A stretch of 23,977 bases of DNA from Nitrososphaerota archaeon (lineage in GTDB: Archaea; Thermoproteota; Nitrososphaeria; Nitrososphaerales; UBA57): the NCBI GenBank assembly GCA_013378385.1, contig JACAFS010000012.1:1-23977 (forward strand). Direction: 5' to 3'. A program made the position numbers and the translations under genes. Every line of letters begins with the position of its first letter. Positions within the stretch are counted from its first letter, which is position 1. Shown one piece after another: positions 1 through 7,488 of the stretch. Below the pieces are notes generated by a model. That model ran no database searches. It was not told the DNA's origin and was given only the letters and a program-made list of their open reading frames with translations.

Positions 1-273
1 GAGATTATGGGTATAGAGAATCTATTTTCAAACATATTTACAAGAGACAATTATACCAACCGGTACGACCAAATAATACATACAATGAAAAAATTCGATG
101 TTGATGCACTTGAAACATTGATGATTGGCGATAGAATCAATGACTTTGAATCAGCCGAGAAAGCTGGATGTAAATCAATAATTATTAGGCGAGGCGAACA
201 AGAAGGGAATAATAACATGAATTGGGTTAAAAATAACATACAACTCAAAGATGAAATAGTAAAAATATTATAG
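1..273 (+). CDS. HAD-superfamily hydrolase, C-terminal fragment (5' end outside window)
   Basis: Frame is open from base 1. The motif GDRINDFESAEKAGC matches HAD motif III (GDxxxD) followed by the usual small-residue stretch. Stop codon at 271-273. Confidence 0.5.
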   Translation, partial: EIMGIENLFSNIFTRDNYTNRYDQIIHTMKKFDVDALETLMIGDRINDFESAEKAGCKSIIIRRGEQEGNNNMNWVKNNIQLKDEIVKIL

Positions 274-289
274 GTATTAATTTGACCTC

Positions 290-1777
290 TTAACTCCTAA
301 TCTTTTTAATAAAATCTATTGTTGATTCTCTAATAAATGAATCTATACTCAAAACAATTATAGTATAAACTAATACAGAAATGAATCCTGGAGGTATGAT
401 ATAAATAATTATTGACCCAACTGAAGTCCCTGTTAAAGGAATTAATTCTTGATAAACATATAAAAATCCTGCCATTATTATTCCTGAAAAACTATATCTT
501 AATATTGATAACTTAGGAAAGTCGAACTGCATTACGCGTTTTGCTAATAGTATTTTATATATTGTAAATGGAATTGTTATCAATAACAATGTTATTGCCC
601 AATACATACTAAGCATCAATTCATTTTCAACGCCTTTTGACGTATACATTATTACTCCCAATATTGAGAAATATCCTGCATATTTCATTAAATCAATTAA
701 CGGCAGCCTTACTAACCAACTATTTCTCAATCTCTTAAACTGTAGATTGTTTATATTTTCGTCAATTTTTTCCAAACCCGTTAATATATTCCACATGAAA
801 TACTCTATTCCTTCAATTACTGCCACTATTGTCAAAATTCTTAAAACAAGTTTTGCTTTTACATATTGTTCACCCAAAATTCCCAACAGTGGTTCTGCCA
901 ACATCAATGCTCCAACAGCAAGTGGAATTACGACAAAACTCTGTAGTCTAAATGTCAATGTAATATCTTCATTTCTATTATCACGAATTAATTTTGGATA
1001 TAAAACACGCAAAAATTCTTCACTATAACGAACTATTAATGTAAATACTCTACTTGCTTGAAATATTCCGACAACTGTGGTTGAACCAAGAATTATTGCT
1101 ACAAGTATTGAATCAGAAATCGATAATCTTGAAACCGACATGTTCGATATTGGTATCCATGCTGCTTTATACCATTTTTTTATAGTAGAACTCTTAAACG
1201 AACCTCTTAATTTCGGTCTTATTATGTAGATAACAATAGCTAATTGTAAAAATTGCCCTAACGCTAATGATAATATCGCACCAATTAAACCAAGTTTTAG
1301 AATTGCTATTGTATAATAAGCACCAGATACTTTTCCAATTTCTAAAGCAATCGTTGCATATCCTAGATATTCCGGTTTATATGATCTTGCAACTGGCTTA
1401 ACCACCTCCCAAATACATAAAGCTGGAATTTGTATACTGTAAATCAATACATAAATCAATATTGCTTCTATTGACGAAGAGGCTGTCAGTGCAAGTACTA
1501 AGTATGCTATGACAAAAATTGGCACTGCAATAATTCCTGCCAATAAAGAGGTTCTTGCTACGTCTTGGCCTCTGGCAGAATATCTTAATGTCCAATAATT
1601 TAAAGGGGCTAACGGTATCAGCAATAATCCTACTGAACTTCCTAATGTTTGCCATAAACCAAATTCATCAACAGGAAGATTTCTTGTTACTAATGTAATG
1701 AAAATTAGTCCTGTAATTAATGTAGCAAACCGCGCAATTAGCTGAATAATTCCTGCATAAGCTATTCTTAATGTCAA
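290..1777 (-). CDS. Polytopic membrane protein, Wzx/MOP-superfamily polysaccharide/oligosaccharide flippase-like
   Basis: 495 aa and hydrophobic throughout, with roughly 12-14 predicted helices. The N-terminus (IIQLIARFATLITGLIFITLVTRNLPVDEFGLW) is typical of polysaccharide biosynthesis/flippase proteins. A TTG start is required because there is no nearby in-frame ATG. Confidence 0.6.
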   Translation of the reverse strand: MTLRIAYAGIIQLIARFATLITGLIFITLVTRNLPVDEFGLWQTLGSSVGLLLIPLAPLNYWTLRYSARGQDVARTSLLAGIIAVPIFVIAYLVLALTASSSIEAILIYVLIYSIQIPALCIWEVVKPVARSYKPEYLGYATIALEIGKVSGAYYTIAILKLGLIGAILSLALGQFLQLAIVIYIIRPKLRGSFKSSTIKKWYKAAWIPISNMSVSRLSISDSILVAIILGSTTVVGIFQASRVFTLIVRYSEEFLRVLYPKLIRDNRNEDITLTFRLQSFVVIPLAVGALMLAEPLLGILGEQYVKAKLVLRILTIVAVIEGIEYFMWNILTGLEKIDENINNLQFKRLRNSWLVRLPLIDLMKYAGYFSILGVIMYTSKGVENELMLSMYWAITLLLITIPFTIYKILLAKRVMQFDFPKLSILRYSFSGIIMAGFLYVYQELIPLTGTSVGSIIIYIIPPGFISVLVYTIIVLSIDSFIRESTIDFIKKIRS

Positions 1778-1835
1778 TTAAACAACTTTCTTTGTAACAT
1801 ATTCTTAATATAGTCTTTTCTCTTCTTGATTATTG

Positions 1836-2105
1836 CTATTTTTTCCATAATATTATTTTATACTGTCCTGAACCTGATTTCCATATTCCATATTCTGAAA
1901 CATCGTTACTTACCGATTGAGGCACTGCTTTAGTTGCCATTACATGATCTGTTTGTATAACAACAATCTTCCCAGAATCAATTTTTTTAATTTCTTCTCT
2001 TGCAATAATCTGCGGATAAGGACATACCTCTCCTTCCATGTCTATTATTATTGCACTTTGTTCAATCTCTTTCATATCTTCGTCATTCACTTTTCTTTCT
2101 TCCAT
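1836..2105 (-). CDS. TusA/SirA/YedF-like sulfur-carrier protein (CPxP motif)
   Basis: 89 aa with the EGEVCPYPQ motif (CPxP active-site cysteine) and TusA-like length and layout. It starts 16 nt after the YeeE/YedE stop and is preceded by an AGGTGA Shine-Dalgarno-like box. Confidence 0.8.
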   Translation of the reverse strand: MEERKVNDEDMKEIEQSAIIIDMEGEVCPYPQIIAREEIKKIDSGKIVVIQTDHVMATKAVPQSVSNDVSEYGIWKSGSGQYKIILWKK

Positions 2106-2111
2106 TATATT

Positions 2112-2117
2112 TCACCT
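2112..2117 (-). promoter_or_regulatory. Shine-Dalgarno-like box (AGGTGA) 6 nt upstream of the TusA-like ATG
   Basis: The minus strand reads TGA TCATAGGTGAAATATA ATG. The box is complementary to the conserved 3' end of archaeal 16S rRNA. Confidence 0.45.
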
Positions 2118-2121
2118 ATGA

Positions 2122-3219
2122 TCAAACTGCACAACCTGACCTTCTAAACATCCAGTGAGTAGCAACATATACTCCTAATAATAGACCTAGTGATGTTATA
2201 AAACCTGCTACGGACAAAAATGCTAACCCACTAAATGTATTACTGATGTTACAACCTGGCGCCATTCTTGAACCGAAACCCATAACCAATCCACCAATTA
2301 CTGCATTTGGAATTCTTGATCTCTTTATTACTCTTATCTTAAAATCTCCGCTTAAATACGCTGAGATGAAAGCTCCTAGAATTAAACTTACAAATAATAT
2401 CATATCTAAGCTAATTGAAAATATACCATCACGAAATACAACACTATTCCAATAAATATTATTTTGAAGAGTTTCTATACCAAATATCTCACTATAAACT
2501 AAACCTGTCCATTTTGCCTGAGGTCCTGTTACACTTAATGTTCCCCAAACTACAAACCACAATGTCGCTAATACTCCCATTCCAACACCAACTAATTTTG
2601 TATCCCATTCTGCTTTGAGACTCTCTGATGAAATATTAGATATTTTTAGACCTTGGATTGTTTGATTTATAACTAATTTGTTTTTACTTCGTAAATAAAC
2701 CACTGCCGCACTTATCAATAATACTGGGACAATCGGCGAGAATAATTCTAAACTCGAAATAACACTATAACCATCAAAAATTTGTAATGGAACAAAGAAA
2801 TATGGTAAAAAGACTTCTGGAAATAGTGCAGCAAATGCTATGTATCCCACACACGCTGAAATCAATAACAACCAATAATGTATGTATCCTTCTCCCGCAC
2901 GATATAATGTACCTGATGCACATCCTCCACCGTAGACCATTCCTATTCCAAATACAAATCCTCCTATTATGTTAGAAAGACCATAATTCGAAACCCAAAA
3001 ATTAGAACTAGAAACTCCTAACACATATGCTATACTTGTGCCAAGCATCATCGTTACAATTCCAATAATTACTCCATTTAGCACTCTTGTATCTTTGAAC
3101 GCAATAAAATCTCTTAATGCACTAGTAAAACAAAAGCGTCCTTTTTGTAGAAGTATTCCAAATCCCAGTCCAATGAGTAAAGTTGCACCTAATGATAAAA
3201 TATTATTGTATTCTAACAT
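2122..3219 (-). CDS. YeeE/YedE-family membrane transporter (thiosulfate / sulfur- or selenium-compound permease)
   Basis: 365 aa polytopic protein with the three family signature cysteine motifs: RFCFTSA (C30), GGGCASGTLYRAGEG (C100) and APGCNISN (C323). It has the two-repeat architecture. Confidence 0.85.
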   Translation of the reverse strand: MLEYNNILSLGATLLIGLGFGILLQKGRFCFTSALRDFIAFKDTRVLNGVIIGIVTMMLGTSIAYVLGVSSSNFWVSNYGLSNIIGGFVFGIGMVYGGGCASGTLYRAGEGYIHYWLLLISACVGYIAFAALFPEVFLPYFFVPLQIFDGYSVISSLELFSPIVPVLLISAAVVYLRSKNKLVINQTIQGLKISNISSESLKAEWDTKLVGVGMGVLATLWFVVWGTLSVTGPQAKWTGLVYSEIFGIETLQNNIYWNSVVFRDGIFSISLDMILFVSLILGAFISAYLSGDFKIRVIKRSRIPNAVIGGLVMGFGSRMAPGCNISNTFSGLAFLSVAGFITSLGLLLGVYVATHWMFRRSGCAV

Positions 3220-3222
3220 GCT

Positions 3223-4293
3223 CTAACCTCCACAATTGAAATTCGCACTAACAATTTTTGCATCATCTTTTGCCACATTTAATCCCGTATTACTATTCAT
3301 TATGTTGTAAAATTGCACATTGTGAGATCCATTTCCTGTTTCTATTGTTGCAATAATTTCAAACTTATTCAAATCAATTACAGATACAGTTGCATCGTTA
3401 CTATTACTGATATATCCATAGTTTCCATTGGGCTCAATATCGATATTATGAGGAAAATCTCCTGTTTGAAGCTCTTTAATTATTTCTCCCTTCATGTTTA
3501 TGATCAATACCTTATCTTCTTCAGGCAACGTGACAATAACGTTTTCCCCATCTGCAGTTAATGCTATTCCATGTGGATCTGATTCTAAGTTTATGCTATT
3601 CTTTACTTCTTCATTATCTATGAAGAAAAGCTTTGCAGGTCTTATTGCTCCAACAATAATTCTTTCATCTTTATCTGACACTATCATTAAAGGGTCTGCA
3701 TCGATCTTAATGTTATTTACTACCTCTAATTCTCTGAAATCTACAATGGATATTGATTGTGATTCTGTATTTGTAACTGCAACAGAATCTGATAATAATG
3801 CTACGTGATGCGGCTGTTCTTGCACTTCAATTCTTGATATTATTTTATCTGTTGTCGTATTAATCATTACCAAGGAATTCGAATCTCTACTTATTAAGAA
3901 AAATATATCTCCTTTGTCATCAAATATTCCTGCATGTTGAAGATTTGGACCAACTCTGACTCTTGATTGTATTTCTAATGATTGCGGATCTAATGTTAAC
4001 AATTCAGATTCACCATCATGAATAAGATATAATTTGTTATTCTTTTCATTATAATGTGCACCATATTGACCAGAATCGATTTCAATATTGATATTTGTTA
4101 AACTAATAAGAAGATAATTATCTATTACAGTTGCTGTTTTACCAATAGTATTGAATACCACTGCTTGATATTGTTCAATTTCTATATCATTATTCGAATG
4201 ATAAACAAACGTGCCACCAATCAAAAAACCTATTGTTAGCGCTGTTATTATTGCGCTAACTAATAGCAGATTCTGATTGTTTTGTTCTGACAA
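3223..4293 (-). CDS. Membrane-anchored YVTN-type beta-propeller repeat protein
   Basis: 356 aa with one N-terminal TM/signal anchor (LLLVSAIITALTIGFLIGGTFVY). Repeated ~40-residue units match the YVTN propeller pattern, e.g. PHNIDIEPNGNYGYISNSNDATVSVIDLNKFEIIATIETG. TTG start. Its stop lies 3 nt before the YeeE start. Confidence 0.7.
   Translation of the reverse strand: MSEQNNQNLLLVSAIITALTIGFLIGGTFVYHSNNDIEIEQYQAVVFNTIGKTATVIDNYLLISLTNINIEIDSGQYGAHYNEKNNKLYLIHDGESELLTLDPQSLEIQSRVRVGPNLQHAGIFDDKGDIFFLISRDSNSLVMINTTTDKIISRIEVQEQPHHVALLSDSVAVTNTESQSISIVDFRELEVVNNIKIDADPLMIVSDKDERIIVGAIRPAKLFFIDNEEVKNSINLESDPHGIALTADGENVIVTLPEEDKVLIINMKGEIIKELQTGDFPHNIDIEPNGNYGYISNSNDATVSVIDLNKFEIIATIETGNGSHNVQFYNIMNSNTGLNVAKDDAKIVSANFNCGG
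3226..3231 (-). promoter_or_regulatory. Shine-Dalgarno-like box (GGAGGT) for the YeeE/YedE gene, embedded in the last codons of the upstream gene
   Basis: The minus strand reads TGT GGA GGT TAG AGC ATG. GGAGGT lies 6 nt before the ATG and simultaneously encodes the C-terminal Gly-Gly of the propeller protein. Confidence 0.45.
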
Positions 4294-4302
4294 CTATTCC
4301 AC

Positions 4303-5496
4303 TTAGTAATTGTTTGTATTTATTGGAACAATTTTTGATGGCGAATAAGGTAATTTCAGACTGTCTACTTTCTTAAACGAGCCTACCTCGAACACATCAA
4401 CTGAACTGTCTCCTGGATTTGGTATATATGCAAGAGTACTGTCAGGACTAAATGCTGGATGTCCAGTATTTTCGATTTCTATCTTCGTGACTTCAGTCAA
4501 ACTTTCGACTTCATATACTATTGACGCTGGTCTAGTTCTAACTACACAGTATTTTCCATCTGGCGTAAACTCACTAGTACGTGGACCTGATTCTAATGGA
4601 AATTCTTTTACTATTTCCTTAGCCTGAATATCCCACACCATTTCAATTGGATCTAAATTCTTGAATCCACCTGCATTCGACCAATTTCCTGCTGAATTTA
4701 CTTCGATAAATGCAACATCATTGTTAGGCGAAATTGTTATCATGCTTGCACCATAGTCAGCGTAATCTACAGCTAAATGTTCTTCAATTGTAAATGTCTT
4801 TGTATCTACTACTGAAATCAAACTCTCTAATTGATTTACAAGCCACAATTTACCATCAGGTGCTATTGCAACGTCACAACAGAATTTTGGAACTGGTAAT
4901 ACATCGACTACTTCTCCCTTGAGAAGATCAATTTTATGAATTTCTCCTGGATCAATGTCATTATATGGAATTTCAAATTCATCTCTAGATGCATTGAACT
5001 TTTCTGAATCATATTTGTCTGCAATATATCCATTTAACATATATCCGTATTTTCCTTCTTCATCTGTTTCTCCTAATCTTATTCTCCATCTTCCTTCTAA
5101 TGGAACATCGTGAACTAATTCATTAGTAGTTGGATTTACTGCAATTGTAGAACCTATTTGACCAGGTTTTCTTACTAGTCCCCATACGTTTCCATTTGCA
5201 TCCGGATAATGGTTACACCAGTCTATACTTCCTGCTTCAGCGATCCAAGTTGGACCTGATGATGCTAAGACTTTTCCACGAGCTAAGTCAATTGTTGCAA
5301 TTGATCCTTCAGCACCAAAGACATAGCCTAAATGTCCTCTTCCTTTAAGTTCTTCTTTTACCTCATCGAGTTCACTTGTTACTGTGCCTACTTGAGAATT
5401 AGCAGACAGATAACCTGCTCCTCCAATTCCTAGACCGACAGCTGCTCCCCCGATATATTTGATAAAATCTCTTCGATTTACGTTTGTATCTGACAT
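4303..5496 (-). CDS. Tat-signal secreted beta-propeller protein (YVTN/lactonase-like repeats)
   Basis: The N-terminus MSDTNVNRRDFIKYIGGAAVGLGIGGAGYLSA carries a twin-arginine motif (RRxFIK) plus an h-region. It contains propeller-like repeats (IAPDGKLWLVNQLESLISVVDTKT, FTPDGKYCVVRT, FSPDSTLAYIPNPGDSSVDVFEV) and a vicinal Cys pair, C206-C207. Its stop lies 9 nt before the next gene. Confidence 0.65.
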   Translation of the reverse strand: MSDTNVNRRDFIKYIGGAAVGLGIGGAGYLSANSQVGTVTSELDEVKEELKGRGHLGYVFGAEGSIATIDLARGKVLASSGPTWIAEAGSIDWCNHYPDANGNVWGLVRKPGQIGSTIAVNPTTNELVHDVPLEGRWRIRLGETDEEGKYGYMLNGYIADKYDSEKFNASRDEFEIPYNDIDPGEIHKIDLLKGEVVDVLPVPKFCCDVAIAPDGKLWLVNQLESLISVVDTKTFTIEEHLAVDYADYGASMITISPNNDVAFIEVNSAGNWSNAGGFKNLDPIEMVWDIQAKEIVKEFPLESGPRTSEFTPDGKYCVVRTRPASIVYEVESLTEVTKIEIENTGHPAFSPDSTLAYIPNPGDSSVDVFEVGSFKKVDSLKLPYSPSKIVPINTNNY

Positions 5497-5564
5497 TTTA
5501 TATCGTTATTTTATAATGCCGTTATATTTATATACTTTTCGACGTCCGATTAATTGTTTCATAC
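5497..5564. promoter_or_regulatory. Divergent archaeal promoter region with two TATA-like boxes in a 16-nt-spaced imperfect direct repeat
   Basis: This 68-bp AT-rich spacer lies between the divergent ATGs at 5496 (-) and 5565 (+). It contains CGTTATTTTATAA (5504-5516) and CGTTATATTTATA (5520-5532). Which box serves which strand cannot be resolved from sequence. Confidence 0.4.
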
Positions 5565-6995
5565 ATGAGTACAAAACAGGAATTTTGGGACAATGTCTCC
5601 AAATATAGAGAAATGGGAATGGATCCACTTAGATGGGTGGCAGGATGTGCTGTCAAAGTAGATCTTGATACTGTCGTTTATCCTAGCTTGCACAATCTAA
5701 AACCTAGCCTTAAACAAATGGGAATCTCCTTAGGAGAGCGCGTTGACGCCGATATATTTCCATTAACTGAAAATGGTCCTGTAATAACTCGTAGAATCTA
5801 TAATCCTTCTAATCCTGAAATTGACCTTGACGATTTAAAAAAGATCAATCCAAAACGTGCAATCTCTTTGTTACAAGTCTTTCAGAAAAATGCCGAGAAG
5901 CAAGAAAAATTTCAAGCATTGTTAAACACTCTTTATACATCAATATCTAAATCTGACGTTCATTTTGCTGTTGGAAAAGGACATTCAATTATTACCGGTT
6001 TTCCAGACGCTGAATTTGCATTATTTGATTTTATTTCATATGAAGAAGGACGATCTGATGGATGGTGCCTCTCTAATAATGATACTATTCAAATTATTGA
6101 TCCAACCGCCGATCCATCTTCTGAACAACAAACTAATGTTGCTATATCTAACTCCTTAAACGATTTAATTTCCCTTGGCTGTTACGAAGAACTCAAAGTT
6201 TCTCCAGTTGTCGATGCGCCAAATGAAGAAATTCAAAATAATATCTCTAAAAATATGAAAACCTTTTCTAATAAATACGGTATGGAATTACTTCCTTCAG
6301 AATCACCACAACGTGGAAAGCTATTGATTGGCGCTACACTTTTTGGTACACTGAGAAAGGAACCTCCTACTAAACTCGATCTTCTAGATACTGGAATGCA
6401 AATCTTGGTTACTAGACCTTTCGGAGATTTAGCTCCAATCAATGTATTCCTATCATGTGTTGCCGACGAAACATTTCTTCAGGAATTGGAAAAAACTGGC
6501 TATTCCCTTAATGACGTCCAAAATGCTAAAGATTCTGTTATTAGTACTATGAATCAACCTAATCTGAAGGTTGCAGAGATCATCAACAAGTATTTGCCTG
6601 AATTTGGCAGTTCTTTTGACATTAACGAACATGTTCTAGCTACTGGTGATCTATCTGGTCCTGGTATTATGATATTCAAAGAACATGCTAATAATGCAGG
6701 TGTTGACATATCTCTTGATAATCTTCCTTTGCGTTATCCTGAATTCGTTAAATATGCTACTGAAAACTTTCTTATGGATAATGCTACTGCAGGCACTAAT
6801 GGAGCTGTAGCGGTAATAGCTTCTCCTAATATCATATCAAATATTAGCTCTGAACTTAAATCAACAGGTTACGATCCACATATTATTGGTACTATTCTAG
6901 GAAAAGGAAACGGAACTGTAAAAATCTCGAAAGACGTAAATGACATGATTGCGTCAGATATATTATTAAATCAGTTAACAATAGGAGATGAATGA
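5565..6995 (+). CDS. SelD-like protein (selenophosphate synthetase-like, PurM/AIR-synthase superfamily), enlarged, Cys-type
   Basis: 476 aa. Hand alignment to E. coli SelD gives four matches. AGCAVKVD aligns to GCGCKISP, placing Cys28 and Lys31 at the Cys17 and Lys20 positions. GERVDADIF aligns to ETRDDAAVY. NVAISNSLNDLISLG aligns to RIAATNAISDIFAMG. ILVTRPFGDL aligns to LFLTKPLGIG, and TGDLSGPGIMIF aligns to MTDVTGFGLLGH. The Cys codon is TGT at 5646-5648. Confidence 0.7.
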   Translation: MSTKQEFWDNVSKYREMGMDPLRWVAGCAVKVDLDTVVYPSLHNLKPSLKQMGISLGERVDADIFPLTENGPVITRRIYNPSNPEIDLDDLKKINPKRAISLLQVFQKNAEKQEKFQALLNTLYTSISKSDVHFAVGKGHSIITGFPDAEFALFDFISYEEGRSDGWCLSNNDTIQIIDPTADPSSEQQTNVAISNSLNDLISLGCYEELKVSPVVDAPNEEIQNNISKNMKTFSNKYGMELLPSESPQRGKLLIGATLFGTLRKEPPTKLDLLDTGMQILVTRPFGDLAPINVFLSCVADETFLQELEKTGYSLNDVQNAKDSVISTMNQPNLKVAEIINKYLPEFGSSFDINEHVLATGDLSGPGIMIFKEHANNAGVDISLDNLPLRYPEFVKYATENFLMDNATAGTNGAVAVIASPNIISNISSELKSTGYDPHIIGTILGKGNGTVKISKDVNDMIASDILLNQLTIGDE

Positions 6996-7237
6996 TTATG
7001 CAACAACAAAGTAAAAAACTCGATCTTGTCGGACAAGTATGTCCTTGGCCAGTGATTAACACTGTCAAAGAACTTAAAAAATTAGATGTTGGAGAAGTAT
7101 TAGAAGTTACAGTTGATCACTTACCTTCTACAATAAACATTCCTTCAGCTGTTAAAAAAGATGGACATGAAGTTCTTAGCTCAGAAGAGACTGATGAAGG
7201 CGTCTTCAAAATTTTCATAAAAAATAACAATAATTAA
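6992..7237 (+). CDS. TusA/SirA-like sulfur-carrier protein
   Basis: 81 aa with LDLVGQVCPWPV (CPxP). The ATG at 6992 overlaps the SelD-like stop (ATGA). An alternative ATG at 6998 sits 8 nt after a GGAGAT SD-like box (6984-6989). Confidence 0.8.
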   Translation: MIMQQQSKKLDLVGQVCPWPVINTVKELKKLDVGEVLEVTVDHLPSTINIPSAVKKDGHEVLSSEETDEGVFKIFIKNNNN

Positions 7238-7245
7238 TTGTTTAA

Positions 7246-7488
7246 TTGGTGAATCTCTTTTTGAAAATTGATCAATCACTTGATGTTAAAGGTCTTGTAT
7301 GCCCGATTCCTGTTCTCAAAACTAAACAATTTATTTCTAAAATGGAAAGTGGGCAAGTCCTGGAAATTTCAGCGACTGATCCTGCATCTAAAGAAGATAT
7401 TCCTGCATGGGCTAATCGTGTGGGTCATGAAATTATTGAAATTAAAGAAGAAGATAATCACTTTAAATTTATTTTGAGGAAAAAATAA
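7246..7488 (+). CDS. TusA/SirA-like sulfur-carrier protein (second tandem copy)
   Basis: LDVKGLVCPIPVLKT (CPxP) plus a conserved C-terminal half (ATDPASKEDIPAWANRVGHEIIE). There is no in-frame ATG before the motif. Candidate starts are TTG 7246, GTG 7249, or TTG 7261, which lies 8 nt after GGTGA at 7248-7252. Confidence 0.8.
   Translation: MVNLFLKIDQSLDVKGLVCPIPVLKTKQFISKMESGQVLEISATDPASKEDIPAWANRVGHEIIEIKEEDNHFKFILRKK

Noticed and set aside
747-1028. 93-aa + strand ORF inside the flippase gene. The same applies to 1398-1655, 51-248 and 1917-2147.
   Set aside because: These ORFs are antisense or out of frame relative to longer ORFs with clear family signatures. Their low-complexity, Ile/Phe/Ser/Leu-rich composition is what an AT-rich antisense strand produces. 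They have no motifs.
3223-3240. C-terminal ...NCGG of the YVTN propeller as a ubiquitin-like or ThiS/MoaD-like diglycine sulfur-carrier tail
   Set aside because: The protein is a 356-aa membrane-anchored propeller, not a beta-grasp fold. The GGAGGT encoding Gly-Gly is better explained as the Shine-Dalgarno box of the next gene.
2246-3808. Several 60-104-aa + strand ORFs (2246-2455, 2415-2618, 2787-2975, 3038-3226, 3313-3561, 3494-3808) opposite the YeeE and propeller genes
   Set aside because: They are shadow ORFs on the antisense strand of well-supported genes, with no recognisable domains or plausible start contexts.
5646-5648. Possibility that the SelD-like protein or neighbours are selenoproteins with in-frame TGA (Sec)
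   Set aside because: The loop residue is encoded by TGT (Cys). None of the cluster ORFs needs read-through of an internal TGA to reach full length. No tRNA-Sec or SECIS-like element is evident in the window.
5965-6442. Short ORFs 5965-6159 (+) and 6233-6442 (-) within the SelD-like gene, plus 7268-7477 (+) within the second TusA gene
   Set aside because: They are alternative-frame or antisense ORFs fully nested in genes with conserved motifs. There is no independent support.
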